A program made the position numbers and the translations under genes. The notes under the pieces were generated by a model that saw nothing but the letters and a program-made list of their open reading frames with translations, was not told the origin of the DNA and did no database searches. A stretch of 64,000 nt of DNA from Fimbriosthenelais zetlandica. Lineage: Eukaryota. Location of the stretch: positions 7,130,001-7,194,000 of the forward strand of contig OZ365115.1 in NCBI GenBank assembly GCA_977030845.1, written 5' to 3'. Positions 50,963-62,543 of the stretch are shown in pieces (the stretch's first letter is position 1; each line of letters begins with the position of its first letter).

Positions 50963-51471
50963 AGGGATGCCACTTGGTGTAAAGTTATTTACCTAGGTAG
51001 TTCTGACCTTAACTGTTGATTTCAGTACTAATGAGAACTGGCTGATGTCTCAGTAGAGAGAAATCCATTGATAAACACACCAGAGTAAGAGATTATCATG
51101 TCATCTTTATCAACAATGATGTCACAGGATGTCACATGGTGTTGGTTAGCCAATCAGATTGAGGAAGAGCCTGGGCAAGGCCATTCATTCATAAACAAAG
51201 TAGGCACCACCGACCTGAGGTTTTAACTGTTAGATGACGCTTTCTTCTGTTTAACAATGACAATGCCCAGCCGATTCATCATTCTGATTGGCTAACCAAC
51301 ACCATGTGACATCATGTGACATCATCTTTGCTAAAGACGGCTGACCCTCATGAATCTCTTACTCTTAGAAGTGATTTATCTCTACTGAGACATCATTCTG
51401 CTCTAATTTGTAGTGAAATCAACTAAGGTCAGAACTTCCTATGAACTTTACACTGAGTGTTTGGCATCCCT
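50963..51471. mobile_element. 509-bp foldback non-autonomous DNA transposon (MITE), Kolobok-like
   Basis: Arms of about 200 bp (50963-51162 and 51279-51471) are reverse complements, including a 43-nt block with 1 mismatch (ATGATGTCACAGGATGTCACATGGTGTTGGTTAGCCAATCAGA). Termini are AGGGATGCCA and TGGCATCCCT, flanked by TTAC (left, degenerate) and TTAA (right). A TTAA target-site duplication with purine-purine starts is the established Kolobok signature. Confidence 0.85.
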
Positions 51472-54409
51472 TTAATAATGTTCCTGCGGATCACATCGAA
51501 AGTCGTATCATATGAGAGGCTGCCATCAATATTAGATGAGACAGACTTGATGATAAAATGTTTGAAAGTTGGACTATGTTAAAGGCTGACACGTACATCT
51601 GATTAACCGAGGCTTAAAATGTAGAATGACAAGCTCGAGATACAGGAAGGTAAAGAAGTTTAATAATGAAGAACATAAACAAATGCCTAGTCAACAACTT
51701 TGGGACTATAATGTATGAGAGGGTGTAACTTTCAGGAATATTTCCTTCACATATAATATAGAGGTATTTAACACAAGACGTCAAAGCAACTCTTTAAAGG
51801 AATAGAAGTTAAGAGGCCCTAATATCTTTACCAGAATGGAAGATACAAAAAACCCCCATCCAATCCTCTCTGACTGAAACTGACACAGCTTTGAGACTCA
51901 AAATCTAGACCTAAAAAGCTAATTGAATTCTGTGAATTGCTGCAATTTCTCCTGCCTTTATTACTGAAGAATGTCTGGATGTTTTAGCTTCTACAATACC
52001 TTTCATGTTCATAATGAAGAGCAAATTATTTACTGGTTAGTACTATCAGGGATAACATTGAGTGCAACTCCATATATGCAATTCATGTTTGTATTGCTTT
52101 GTTTCAATTTACATTTTCATTGAGAGCTTGCAAATTCCTTGGCATTAAAAAATAATGGGAGGTGTGCTCAGCTTTCTCATGGACTAATGGTGTGTAATTC
52201 ACATGGAATTATCTTTCTACCCAAATACCATTTGGTGAATGAAATTCATCTGCCATGTCAATTATGTCTGCGATCCCTGGGGACTCTTCAATTACAAAAT
52301 TCGTAAAAGTTTTATTTTTTTGTCAGGCACATGAATATTTTGCTTCAAGTCTGGAAGGAAACTGCATAAAGTTCACTGCAGCCTTAAGCTAAGAAATGAT
52401 TATTTGGAAGGGTATCTAATGTCTGAATTCAATGCTGAAGACTGGAACAGCTCTGCGGTGTTCTGAAATCAGAACTTGTAAGCTATATGAAACTTTAATC
52501 GACCCTGCAATATATGATGCTAAATATCAAAGCAATGCCTGCTCTTTATACATAGAGGGACACAGATACATGCCTTTTTTGTAGAGAGAGGGTCTGAGGT
52601 CTCGATTACTCTTACAGAGAATTATTTATATCTTTGACCTCAGGCCAGAATTACAGATGTGAAACGACCTCGAGGAAGGGATGCATCACATCTGATGTAG
52701 CACATCGTTATATTTGAATACCCTTCACCAAATTGCTGGATATAATGTTACATATTTTGATAATAAATATAATGATAAAGTGTAATGTATAGGTTTGTAC
52801 AGATATTTTATTGCCTAATGGTTAAGTAGGTAAGACAGGGAATCTGTTACGGGGAGAAAATTGGGTGGGATACCTTTTGGTAGACTTGTGGCTGATAACA
52901 TTCGATGGAATGATGAACCCCGGGCGTCACGACTGAACCATCCCTTTGCCAGTCAGAAGTCATAACATACAGTGACAAACATGGAGGGACAAGTTGTGAT
53001 GGCTTGAAGGAAACCATATCCCGCTACTGCTTCCAGGCAAGAACACCAATAAGGTCATGAAACGCCAACTATGATATAAAATGTTTCTACACCGTTTAGA
53101 CGATGTCCAGTCCAGTACAGGATTGGAATTATCTGGGTTACGACGAGGACTGCATTCAGTGGACTGCAATGGTCATTTTCCAGTTTTTCAGGGGGTTTAC
53201 AGACTAATTAACGTGAAACTGTGTTTATGCAAAAGGGAGATTTGTCCAGTATAATGCACCAAGGTTTTTCATCACAGGAATGTTTTTTTTTAATCAGACG
53301 TGGGATCATCCGGGGTAATAAAGTACGATGGGTTCCTCGTGTGCCTCATCCGATATTTCATGCCCCGAAATGAGCCTGCAATAGGAAGTAATTGTGAGAA
53401 GTTTAAATACCTGTTTGAATGAGTGTGCCGGAGAAAACTAAATCCATTGTATTGACCTGTTCCAAGGAAATCTTTTAAATTATCCCATTTTCTCCACAAA
53501 AACTGCATGAGTCACGAGATTCCCAGTGATTTCCTTCCCATTGGAGAGGTGAGAAATTTGGTAACTAAATCAACGTGCCAAGTTTCACGTGCGTATTTTT
53601 CCAGTTAAAAGCTTTTTATTTGACTTTCTCCACAAAAATTTGACCCACATGCCACTAAATTTTACCACCGAGGAGAATCATGAATTGGATTTGGTAACAT
53701 TTTATCTGCACCTGTTGCTGTTAGCTTACTTTCATCATGCACACGAAAAATTACGCAGCAAAATAATGAATGCCACATTGAGAGTCTGACCATATATAGC
53801 CACTTATTTGCCGTGAAATTCATATTTCAAGGGGACGAAGATCATAAGATAGGACTTTAATAGGAACATTAGGAATCGGTGTATTTGCAAGCAATCCCAA
53901 AGCTGCTATCGCTGCTCAGTCTGGTATTTAACAAGCACTATAATGTTGATCCTGGCTGCTGGGCTCTGCTTCAATCACTGCAACCCACTCGTAGACTCAG
54001 AAGCTAATTTATGCTCGTGTATCATTCCAATTCCCTTTCCTTTATACTATTCATTGTGTACTGCTCGGAACTCGGGCTTACTTTTCTATATATATTCCGA
54101 CCTAAGGTCAGCAATAGTATTTAAATTTATAATTCATGTCTCCAGTTTAGTTGTCGACATGAATTCAATATAATTATGTGCATAATTTTACTTACTTCCA
54201 AATTGTAATTGAGAACTTGTTTCACAAATCTTTCTATATACAATGTATAGGTAAACAGTTTATATATGGATACAACAAAGGACCCAGCCTCTGGCTCTGA
54301 ATGATGTGTCTTAATATACTATCCTCGTTATATTTTCGGTTCTGGCTTTCTTTCATTGTTCCCAAGACTGTATTCTTGAAACATTGTTTCAGGGTTTTGA
54401 ACCCAGGTT

Positions 54410-54965
54410 GTAGGAACCCCGCCCATCCAACCCTGCTCATCCCCTCAAACTCAGCTTTCTTTTCATCTGCTTGAGAATATTATAGATTTTGTTTAGCTTC
54501 ACAATAGTTTGCCTTCCTCCATCTCGCCCTCAGGGACTTTCTTTAGAGACACAGGTTGTTTGTTTTGGCCAGCCCCGCCCCCCTGAAAGCAGCTCATGTT
54601 GTAACCAGTATATTTCACCCTCTTTCTGCCCTTTATCTCATTCCAGATCGGCTTCACGGTGGAAAAAGCAACTCTGGTCACCATGCCTCCCCATGCCTGG
54701 CCTCAAACTGATCTCACCCAGCCTCCTTCTGATCTCGCACAGTCTCGTTTCAGAGGTGGATGGCGCAGGGGGAATTACTGCCTGGTCGCAACCTCGATCT
54801 GGAGCCCTGGAAATAATCTGAAAACGAGGCAATAGCAACTTTGTTCTATCTCTCCGATTCCGCTGGGACCCGCACGGAGTACGAGACTAGTAAAAATGTT
54901 TCAATACAGATGAAACGGATTGAGGTGGTGCGCGCCTGGAATAAAAGCTGAACCGTGGTGATAGG
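54410..54965 (+). promoter_or_regulatory. GC boxes and a candidate 5'UTR exon upstream of the GPCR
   Basis: CCCCGCCC at about 54417 and about 54573. A very strong acceptor TTTCACCCTCTTTCTGCCCTTTATCTCATTCCAG (AG at 54645-54646) precedes a CpG-containing segment, with a possible donor AGG|GTATGA (GT at 54966-54967). Confidence 0.4.
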
Positions 54966-56289
54966 GTATGAGAAATGATCACAGTCCTTACAATGTGCTG
55001 GTTTACATGTGGCAAAGTGCATCAGAAGATTGAAAGTCTACATTATGGACATTACAAACCAAACCCTATAATCTGGGTGGAGTAAAGGAATAAAAGAAAA
55101 ACGCTTCATGCTGCCACTCTACTTTCATGCTCAGCGGGGTTTGGACTGTTGCAGCAACACCTCCAGAGATGCCATGGACAAACATAAAGCCTCGTGGGCT
55201 TTAACTGCATGGGGAGTCATGTAGGAACTGTGTCAAGCCTTTTGGATATGCTTCATGGAAAAGTGGAGAGATTTTGTATTGCGGCAGTATTATCAAGCAG
55301 TACCCGGTTATTAAAGCTGAACAGTACCCCCATTTCCCCGCAATTGTTCAGGGATTGAACATGAATTATTCGAGATATTGACTTCAGGCTATATTTTGGA
55401 ACCAAGGCTGTATTGTTATTGACCCAAGGTAATTGGGTTTTAGATTTATCTACAACGCTCCGACAGGACTTTCTATAATTTATGTGTCCAATACAAATTA
55501 TTGGCAAATGGTATCATGGTATTTATTGCCTTTTGAACTTTGTGCAATCTGTCTTTCCGGCAATGGAAATGACACAGTGTAATTGATGTGGCATTCAGGA
55601 TGATGTTGGATTGTATCATTGAAATTTATTTATCTGCGCACAGATGATGTTGTGATGGAACATATTTGGATAGGTTATAATGGATTTCGCATTGGCATGG
55701 CCATTAAAGAACCCATGAAGTTGTTACAGGCTTTACTGAGTCTTGTCTCTTCAAGAACTATCATTAAAGAAGTTCAGTTCTTAGTAGACTGTCCATACTT
55801 TCAGTGAAGGATTACTGGAATATCATCTACCCTAAGCTACAGGAGTGCTGCAACACAGGCTGTTCATTAGATTTCCTGATATCAATAACATTCTGTGCCT
55901 AAGTCTTGTGGATCATCGTCGATGAAGAGGAAACCTGTAATACTTCGGATCTTAGGGATCTGTGTAGGACTATGGATAATAAAGGAAGTGAGTGGATAAA
56001 AGAGGGCTGGAAAATAGGAAAGCTAATCCAAACCAGCTGTGAAGGTGTACAATGTTGTGCTGACACTCGGCCAGTCCAGCTGATTCCCATCCAAACATGT
56101 CAGAAGAAAAAGATGCAGAGGCAATCAGTGGCTATGGCATGTGGCCAGACATCAATATTGATTCAGCAGTGGCCAAAAATAATGCTCAGCATGAAATAAA
56201 AGAAATAGAAAAAAACCTTGATGTGCGATGATTGATGGTGATGGTATTTGAATGGAGTTGTAATGATTGGTAGAGCAGGTAGTAGCAAC

Positions 56290-57987
56290 ATGAACACAAC
56301 TAATTATGGCAGCGAGTTGGATTCACTTGTGACGACAGAGACACCTCTGACCACCTACACTTACGGCGAGGTGGTGGTCATCTGTGTTGTAGTGGTGTCC
56401 CTCATAATTGTCATCATCGCAGGCAATGCCGTGGTTGTGTGCCTAGTCGTCATCAATAGGCGCATGAGACCCGTTCAAAATCTCTTTATTGCCTCACTTG
56501 CCGTGAGTGATCTCTGTGTTGGGCTGCTGATCATGCCACTCTCCCTTGCGAATGAGTTAATGGGTTATTGGTGTTTTGGGAAAGTCCTTTGTGAGCTCTG
56601 GTTGGCCTTTGATGTCCTCTCCTGTACTGCATCCATTTTGAATCTTTGCCTCATAAGCGTTGACCGGTACTTGTGTATTACCCGGGCCATGACCTATCCA
56701 CGATGGCGAGACAAGAATAAGTGTATCATAATGATCGGAGTTGTATGGCTCATGGCAATGCTCGTCTGTCTCCCACCGTTAGCCGGCTGGAAAAGACCTC
56801 AACCAACCAAGAACGGTCTGCCGCTGTGTGTATTAAGTAGTGAGGTAGGGTACATCATTTACTCAACGTTAGGTTCATTTTTTATACCACTTGTTGTCAT
56901 GGTGGCTGTTTATATCCAGATTTACCGAGCGGTAAAGCATCAGGTGAGGAGGCGTTTCTCAGTGAGGTACGACCTCCAGCAGCCCCCTACACGGGGTCTG
57001 CCTCATCAGGACGAGATACGACGCTTTATACCCAACAACGATGTCAGTGACCGCGAGGAACACCTCGAAGGGCATGAGGACCTTGAAGAGTATGAGATGG
57101 ATGCCATGGTATTCCAGGCCAGGGAATTCCCTGATAAACAAGACACTGATGACCAGGCCACTTACCCAACCCTGACTGACGAGGAGAAGTACAATACAGA
57201 AGAAGATGAGATGCAAGGGCTGGAGATCTTACCTTACGATACCCGGACCTCTGAGAGCGGTGGCCACCCAGGTGATATGCCCTCAGGGGGCAACCATGAT
57301 GAAGATCTTTTAGATGGAGTAGGAGGATCTCAGGTGGATACAGACCTAGCAGATGCTAGGTTGACAGACTGCGGAGGCCATGACACACATGTGAGTGACA
57401 TTACTCCCTCAGGGGAGAGTGGTACGTATGCCAAACAACAGACAAGAGATCTAGATGATCAAGGTATTCATCGACCTGCTGAAACTGTGACATCAAGTGG
57501 GTCTGACAAAGAGTACCATCCTAATTTACAAACGAGCAATATTGACACCCACAAAAAACATTGCCAAATGAAACGAACGACTAAACTGAGAATTTTGGCG
57601 CCACGCCATCACTCGTACACGGTTGTAGGGATGCTCCGTTCAAGAGCTCCAAAACTTAATTTATTCCAATATTTCCATATGAGAAGGAGCAAGAAAATAC
57701 CCCTCCTCCATAAGGATTGTTTGACTGAAGTTCACGAACAAAAGAAATGGAGGATCGCACGTGCTCGAGAGCGGCGGCTCACACTGATCCTGGGAGTGAT
57801 AATGGCTGCCTTTGTCATCTGCTGGTTTCCTTTCTTCTCCACCTACCTCATATCCTCCATCACTGGTTTCCACATTCACAAAACTGTCTTTGATGTCTTC
57901 TTCTGGGCAGGCTACTGCAATTCAGCTTTTAACCCCATAATCTACACAATATTTAACCGTGATATCAGACTCTGTAAGAGCAGATAA
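56290..57987 (+). CDS. Alpha2-adrenergic-like (alpha2/Oct-alpha2 type) biogenic amine class A GPCR, 565 aa as read
   Basis: Single ORF with 7 TMs: GN..V (TM1), QNLFIASLAVSDL...MPLSLANELMGYWCFG (TM2), LCELWLAFDVLSCTASILNLCLISVDRY (TM3), YSTLGSFFIP (TM5), RERRLTLILGVIMAAFVICWFPFFSTY (TM6), FFWAGYCNSAFNPIIYTIFNRD (TM7). SLANE.MGYW.FG, CWFPFF.TY and FW.GYCNS..NP.IYTIFN are alpha2-family signatures. I chose the ATG at 56290 (MNTT, with an N-glycosylation sequon); an in-frame ATG at 56263 is an alternative. Confidence 0.92.
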   Translation: MNTTNYGSELDSLVTTETPLTTYTYGEVVVICVVVVSLIIVIIAGNAVVVCLVVINRRMRPVQNLFIASLAVSDLCVGLLIMPLSLANELMGYWCFGKVLCELWLAFDVLSCTASILNLCLISVDRYLCITRAMTYPRWRDKNKCIIMIGVVWLMAMLVCLPPLAGWKRPQPTKNGLPLCVLSSEVGYIIYSTLGSFFIPLVVMVAVYIQIYRAVKHQVRRRFSVRYDLQQPPTRGLPHQDEIRRFIPNNDVSDREEHLEGHEDLEEYEMDAMVFQAREFPDKQDTDDQATYPTLTDEEKYNTEEDEMQGLEILPYDTRTSESGGHPGDMPSGGNHDEDLLDGVGGSQVDTDLADARLTDCGGHDTHVSDITPSGESGTYAKQQTRDLDDQGIHRPAETVTSSGSDKEYHPNLQTSNIDTHKKHCQMKRTTKLRILAPRHHSYTVVGMLRSRAPKLNLFQYFHMRRSKKIPLLHKDCLTEVHEQKKWRIARARERRLTLILGVIMAAFVICWFPFFSTYLISSITGFHIHKTVFDVFFWAGYCNSAFNPIIYTIFNRDIRLCKSR

Positions 57988-58799
57988 AGCTAGATCTAAG
58001 ATAATGTAGTAAGTATGCTGGTGCTTGAGCTCAAGAATTATGGTTGAAGCAGTTAAAGTGTAAGCCTGCAAGGTAGTTTTAAACATAAGCAAACATGCCA
58101 TCCACAGATCATGAATATGAGGATCCATTTGTTGATTTAACAATCAAATTATTTGCGTGAGTACTAAATGCATGCATGAATAATAACCCTATTGAACTTG
58201 TGAATAGTTTTAGAAGCATGAGAACCTGTTCTCAAAAGTTTTTTTTTGTCAAATTGACTGTAGATCATTTTAGTGAATTAAGGATCAGTGATTCCTATGT
58301 GGAGTTATACAAAAGGGACATAATATAGTTGTCCCTTCAACATATGCTATAAGCACCAACGTGGTTTCCAGGTATTGTATATTGATCACTTTATATGAAA
58401 ATGCATAGCATTGTAGATCATTCTTATTGGAATATATGTATCGGGTGTCTCAGTTTCGTCTTTTATAACTTTATTACGAATAATCTTCATGAAGATTCAC
58501 TGATATACTTGACTGCTGGGAAGTAAAAGGTGTCGTAATTGAGAGGATCTGATTGCCTCTTGACTGACAACATGATCCGATTGCCTCAATTCATACCGAA
58601 ACTTTAGAAGGCAATGCAGTCACCTGACAAGGTGACTGAGGTCCTGTTTCAGAACCTACTGGTTGAGAAGCCTACTGACTTACCATTGACTTGTAGAGCA
58701 TCTCACTCCAGCAAAACTCTCAGACCACTTCAGTTAAGTCACCTCATAAATGTCACTCAGTGTCAATGGACAAGTCTTGCATTCCATATTAAATCTATT

Positions 58800-58805
58800 A
58801 ATAAA
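58800..58805 (+). terminator. Candidate polyadenylation signal for the GPCR
   Basis: First AATAAA I found downstream of the stop codon, about 810 nt away. Confidence 0.3.
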
Positions 58806-61740
58806 GGCAAGTCAAACAAGCTGTGACCTAGAAGAGAATTGCAATGGGACAAGTACACAATCCATGATTGGTGTATGACGTCCAGAAAAAAATCCTGAAT
58901 AGTTTTCCGATTTCTTTCTGGAACTGGTTTGACATTAGAATTCGTACCTCTAAAGTATTCAACCTGACTAGAACCCCATATCGGTTGTCAGGAAAATCAT
59001 TTCGTTTCCTTATAGTATCAAAAATTGCATGACTCAGGTTTGAACTTAACAGTTTAGGAATATTTTTATAACCTTTTGTTATTGTCAACGTTTCCTCTCA
59101 GACCTACTGCTATTGTCAAGACCGAAGACTGTTTCTGGCTGTCCATGACGCCATCTGTCTTTAATTGTGTGAACATGTAATCTGCTGTACCTACAGAGCA
59201 CCATGTAAAGGATGTTTTAACTGAGACAGTCCAGTCGCCTGCCCCAGGATCCCAAGCCTGGACTCCACTGCTGCGACAAGGTTCGCACCTTTATTACATG
59301 CAATACGAGCCGATCGAAGTTTTGTGTGACACCAGTGTAATATATCTATGGGATGCACTATGTGATGCAGGGCGTAGTCTTCCAATATCACTTGCTGTGT
59401 TGCATCCCTAAATTATGGTGCGACTGTAATAGCAATAGAAGCCTAATACTGTGTAATGATCACAAATCATAGCAGTGGAGTCCAGCCTTTGAGTGCGACT
59501 CGCTTTAGTCGCCTCATCTCGATACTTGCTCTAGGCACTCAACGATTGGATCGTCTCAGTTGAGACAACCCACTGAGCACAATTTAGATATCATGAAGGC
59601 ACTTAAACACACTGTAGTTAATAGAGATGTGACACGGATGGTATAATATCCTCACTATGACACAGGAAATGTTTAAAATAGGAAAACACGGATAGGAATT
59701 TCACTTTTAGTATTTCAAAACCAGGGTGCATTGAAATTGAAGTGGCTTGCAGAAACATAGTTACTCTCTTAATGACATGTGTGGAAGTTGTTAGTTGAAT
59801 GAAATTCACAATCCAACTTATTATCCTAATGCAATAGAGTGAATCAGTAAAGGACTATATTAACATCTTGATTCATACTGTCTGATTATTATATGGTTTA
59901 TCTTGTTTTGTATGAATGCAAACTGGCTTGAATAAACACATCCATAATTATTATACTTGGAGCTGTCATTGTTCTACTAGCTTTTTGTCCCAAGAGAAGA
60001 TAACAAATCCAGGCTAATAGGGCCTTTGGATGACTTCACCGATTCATGCTTTGTTCTTTCTCCTGAACTGAAACTTTTTTTTATGAAATTAACCAATATT
60101 TCTTGTGTTTTTCTGCATATCAGCTTGTGAATCTTTGATCGTGTTGGGTTGGGATTTTGCAACTGAAGCAGCAATAGAAACCCCACGGATCTTTATGATG
60201 ATAACTGGTTATCACACAAAGCTGTGCTTGAAATTCCATTTCCAGTTTTGATGTCTCTAGGCAGCATGTGTTTGGGACCACCAGAATGATTAAGCTTATC
60301 ACGAATCAGGGTTCTAAATTAGTAACAAGTATATTAAACATTGTCATTTGAGCTGGCAGGTTCGTGGGGCCAGCTTTGGAACACCAATTGTGTTTCACTC
60401 AGAGGACTGTGGACCCTTGAACACGTTATCATTTGATTTTGTTTTCACTTGAGCTCTGACAACAACAGTTCATCTCTTCCTTGTCTTCTTAAAAGCTTTG
60501 CATACTAGCAAATAACAAAATACTCTAGTTAACACTTTGAGACGGAAGAGTAAATCAAACTTGTAGCTTTTTAACATCCATCTGTTACCTCAGTACGTTA
60601 TCTCCTTTTGTTGATTTAGAGTGCAGGTTCATGGAAGAAATTCCATGTGAACTGGTGCACTTCTAGGACATGGGCTTAGGAAGGAAGGTCGTTACTTTGA
60701 TCCTACTTCAATAACGAGATTACAAGATCTTCCTGCCCTAGATATTGAGCATAGGACACCTGAACCCCTACAGGGGGCCGTTTCCTAATGATGACAATTC
60801 TAGATAATGAATCTATAGACTATTCTATATAGTACCTCTCCTAATTTCATCCGATGGAACCAGTATGATGTGAACTATCCATTATATTCAATTCTTTCTT
60901 TTGATGTACGGAGAACCGGTGAACAGGAAGGACAGGAAATGGATGATAATAAACCAATGAAAACAAAATAATGACATTGGGTAAAACTGCGTTCATTTTC
61001 TTATGAACCTGCCCCCATACGAGCATTGAAGACACTAGATTTGGCATACAGTATGCATGCGCAAGACGCCTTTACAACTAACAAGGTTGTTCCTATATAA
61101 TGCGGTCCACAATAAATCAATATAGGACACACACAGATAACGAGGTTTTGCTAAAGGTCCAACAAGGCTCTGGTGAGAAAAAGGATATCATTGCTCAAGG
61201 TATGCCATTGTCTAGTGGAGTCTACTCAAGTGTAACCCAATCTTTCTGGAACTTTGAAGGGTACAATATGTATTAAAGCCAAAGCGTCAAGGACAGGTAT
61301 AGAGAATTAAAACGCTATGATCTGAAGCAAGTTATACTGATAGTCGTAGACTAAAAGAAGGGATGAAATGCTAAGTTGGAATGTTGGAATTTCTTTAAGG
61401 CTGGGAAAAGTCAGGAAAAGTGGGCAACTTAGCCAATTTCGGAAAGAGCAGGAATGATCATGAAAAATATGGAAAACCAACATGATAATTTCTAGCCTGG
61501 ACAATAGTAGGAGATCTGCATAGGCCTACCTTCCCATGGCCTCGATTAGAGGACAAGTTATATGGCCTAGTAAAAGCCAAAGCATATGGAAACTTTGTTC
61601 AAGAGTATTTATCAGGGATTGGCACAAGGACATGGTTTCGTCGTCGTCCCCTTATTCCCCGCACGCCGCGTGCCTTGGCCACTTGTCTAAATTTACAGGG
61701 GAGATTATTCTCCGGAAGTCAGTCTCTATTCTGACATAGG

Positions 61741-61754
61741 CCACCAGAGGGCAG
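61741..61754 (+). promoter_or_regulatory. CTCF motif, forward orientation
   Basis: CCACCAGAGGGCAG matches 14/14 of CCASYAGRKGGCRS, within a CpG-rich patch flanked by ETS-like CCGGAAGT and CCGGAAAT. Confidence 0.6.
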
Positions 61755-62495
61755 TGCCAACCGGAAATGTGGCCATTCCTTGTTCTAAATCTCGCCGCTA
61801 GGGACGGTCTAAGGATGGGGAATGGGCCCCAGAGGCTTTCATCTCTCTCGTCAGAGAAACGGGTAGATTGCATAGAGAGAAATGGATGAGCGCTTTAGGA
61901 ATCGCGTGTCACCAATAAACATTTTTGTCCTTTTCCGAGTTCCTATAAATAGCTATCAAACAAATGATGCCAAATATTATTAGCAGGGATTTGTTCAATC
62001 CCGGAGGATTATTTTCATGCATGGCTTCATTAAGAAATTTGTTTCTGTGCAAATCATTTTTGTTCCAATTGATCTAGGCCCTGTCATAAAATGACAAACG
62101 CATAGGAATTGAGAATCTAAAGCGCAATATATATGATCTATGGTGTTTCAGTGTGGATAATAGTGAAATTTATTTGGCCACACAGTTGCTCCCCGCTTTT
62201 CCAATATATTTCTGGATTAGTAACTGTACCCCTTTCCTGAATTTTAGGCTGAACCCAAATCTCACCTAACATAATTATACATTTCTAGAATGGTAATTCT
62301 GACCACCAATATTCCCTCTCTTTGATTTTGTTTGCGTATAAAAATGTAGCCTACATGAAACAATTACTTGCAAGTGGGTCTGTCCATTGGACTGTCCATT
62401 CCATTGGATTCCCCTTGCCATCGGCCGTGGGAACCAGGAAGGAAAAACGAGGAGCAGGGAGGCCCCTGCACCTTGGGAAGAAATCTCTAGCGGGC

Positions 62496-62543
62496 ACGCA
62501 TCCTGGTTACACGTCGTCAACGCATCCTGGATACACGTCGTCA
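62496..62543. repeat. 24-bp tandem duplication with 1 mismatch
   Basis: ACGCATCCTGGTTACACGTCGTCA followed by ACGCATCCTGGATACACGTCGTCA. Confidence 0.9.

Noticed and set aside
8000-56200. The many 60-110 aa ORFs in the ORF track
   Set aside because: None shows a recognisable domain, transposase or RT motif, or consistent splice phases; their lengths are as expected by chance.
56959-57879. Antisense ORFs within the GPCR
   Set aside because: Typical shadows of a coding strand, with no independent support.
59179-59412. Stop-free frame of about 77 codons downstream of the GPCR as its last exon
   Set aside because: Splicing from the 57974 donor into the acceptor at 59196 creates an immediate TAG, and the peptide does not resemble helix 8.
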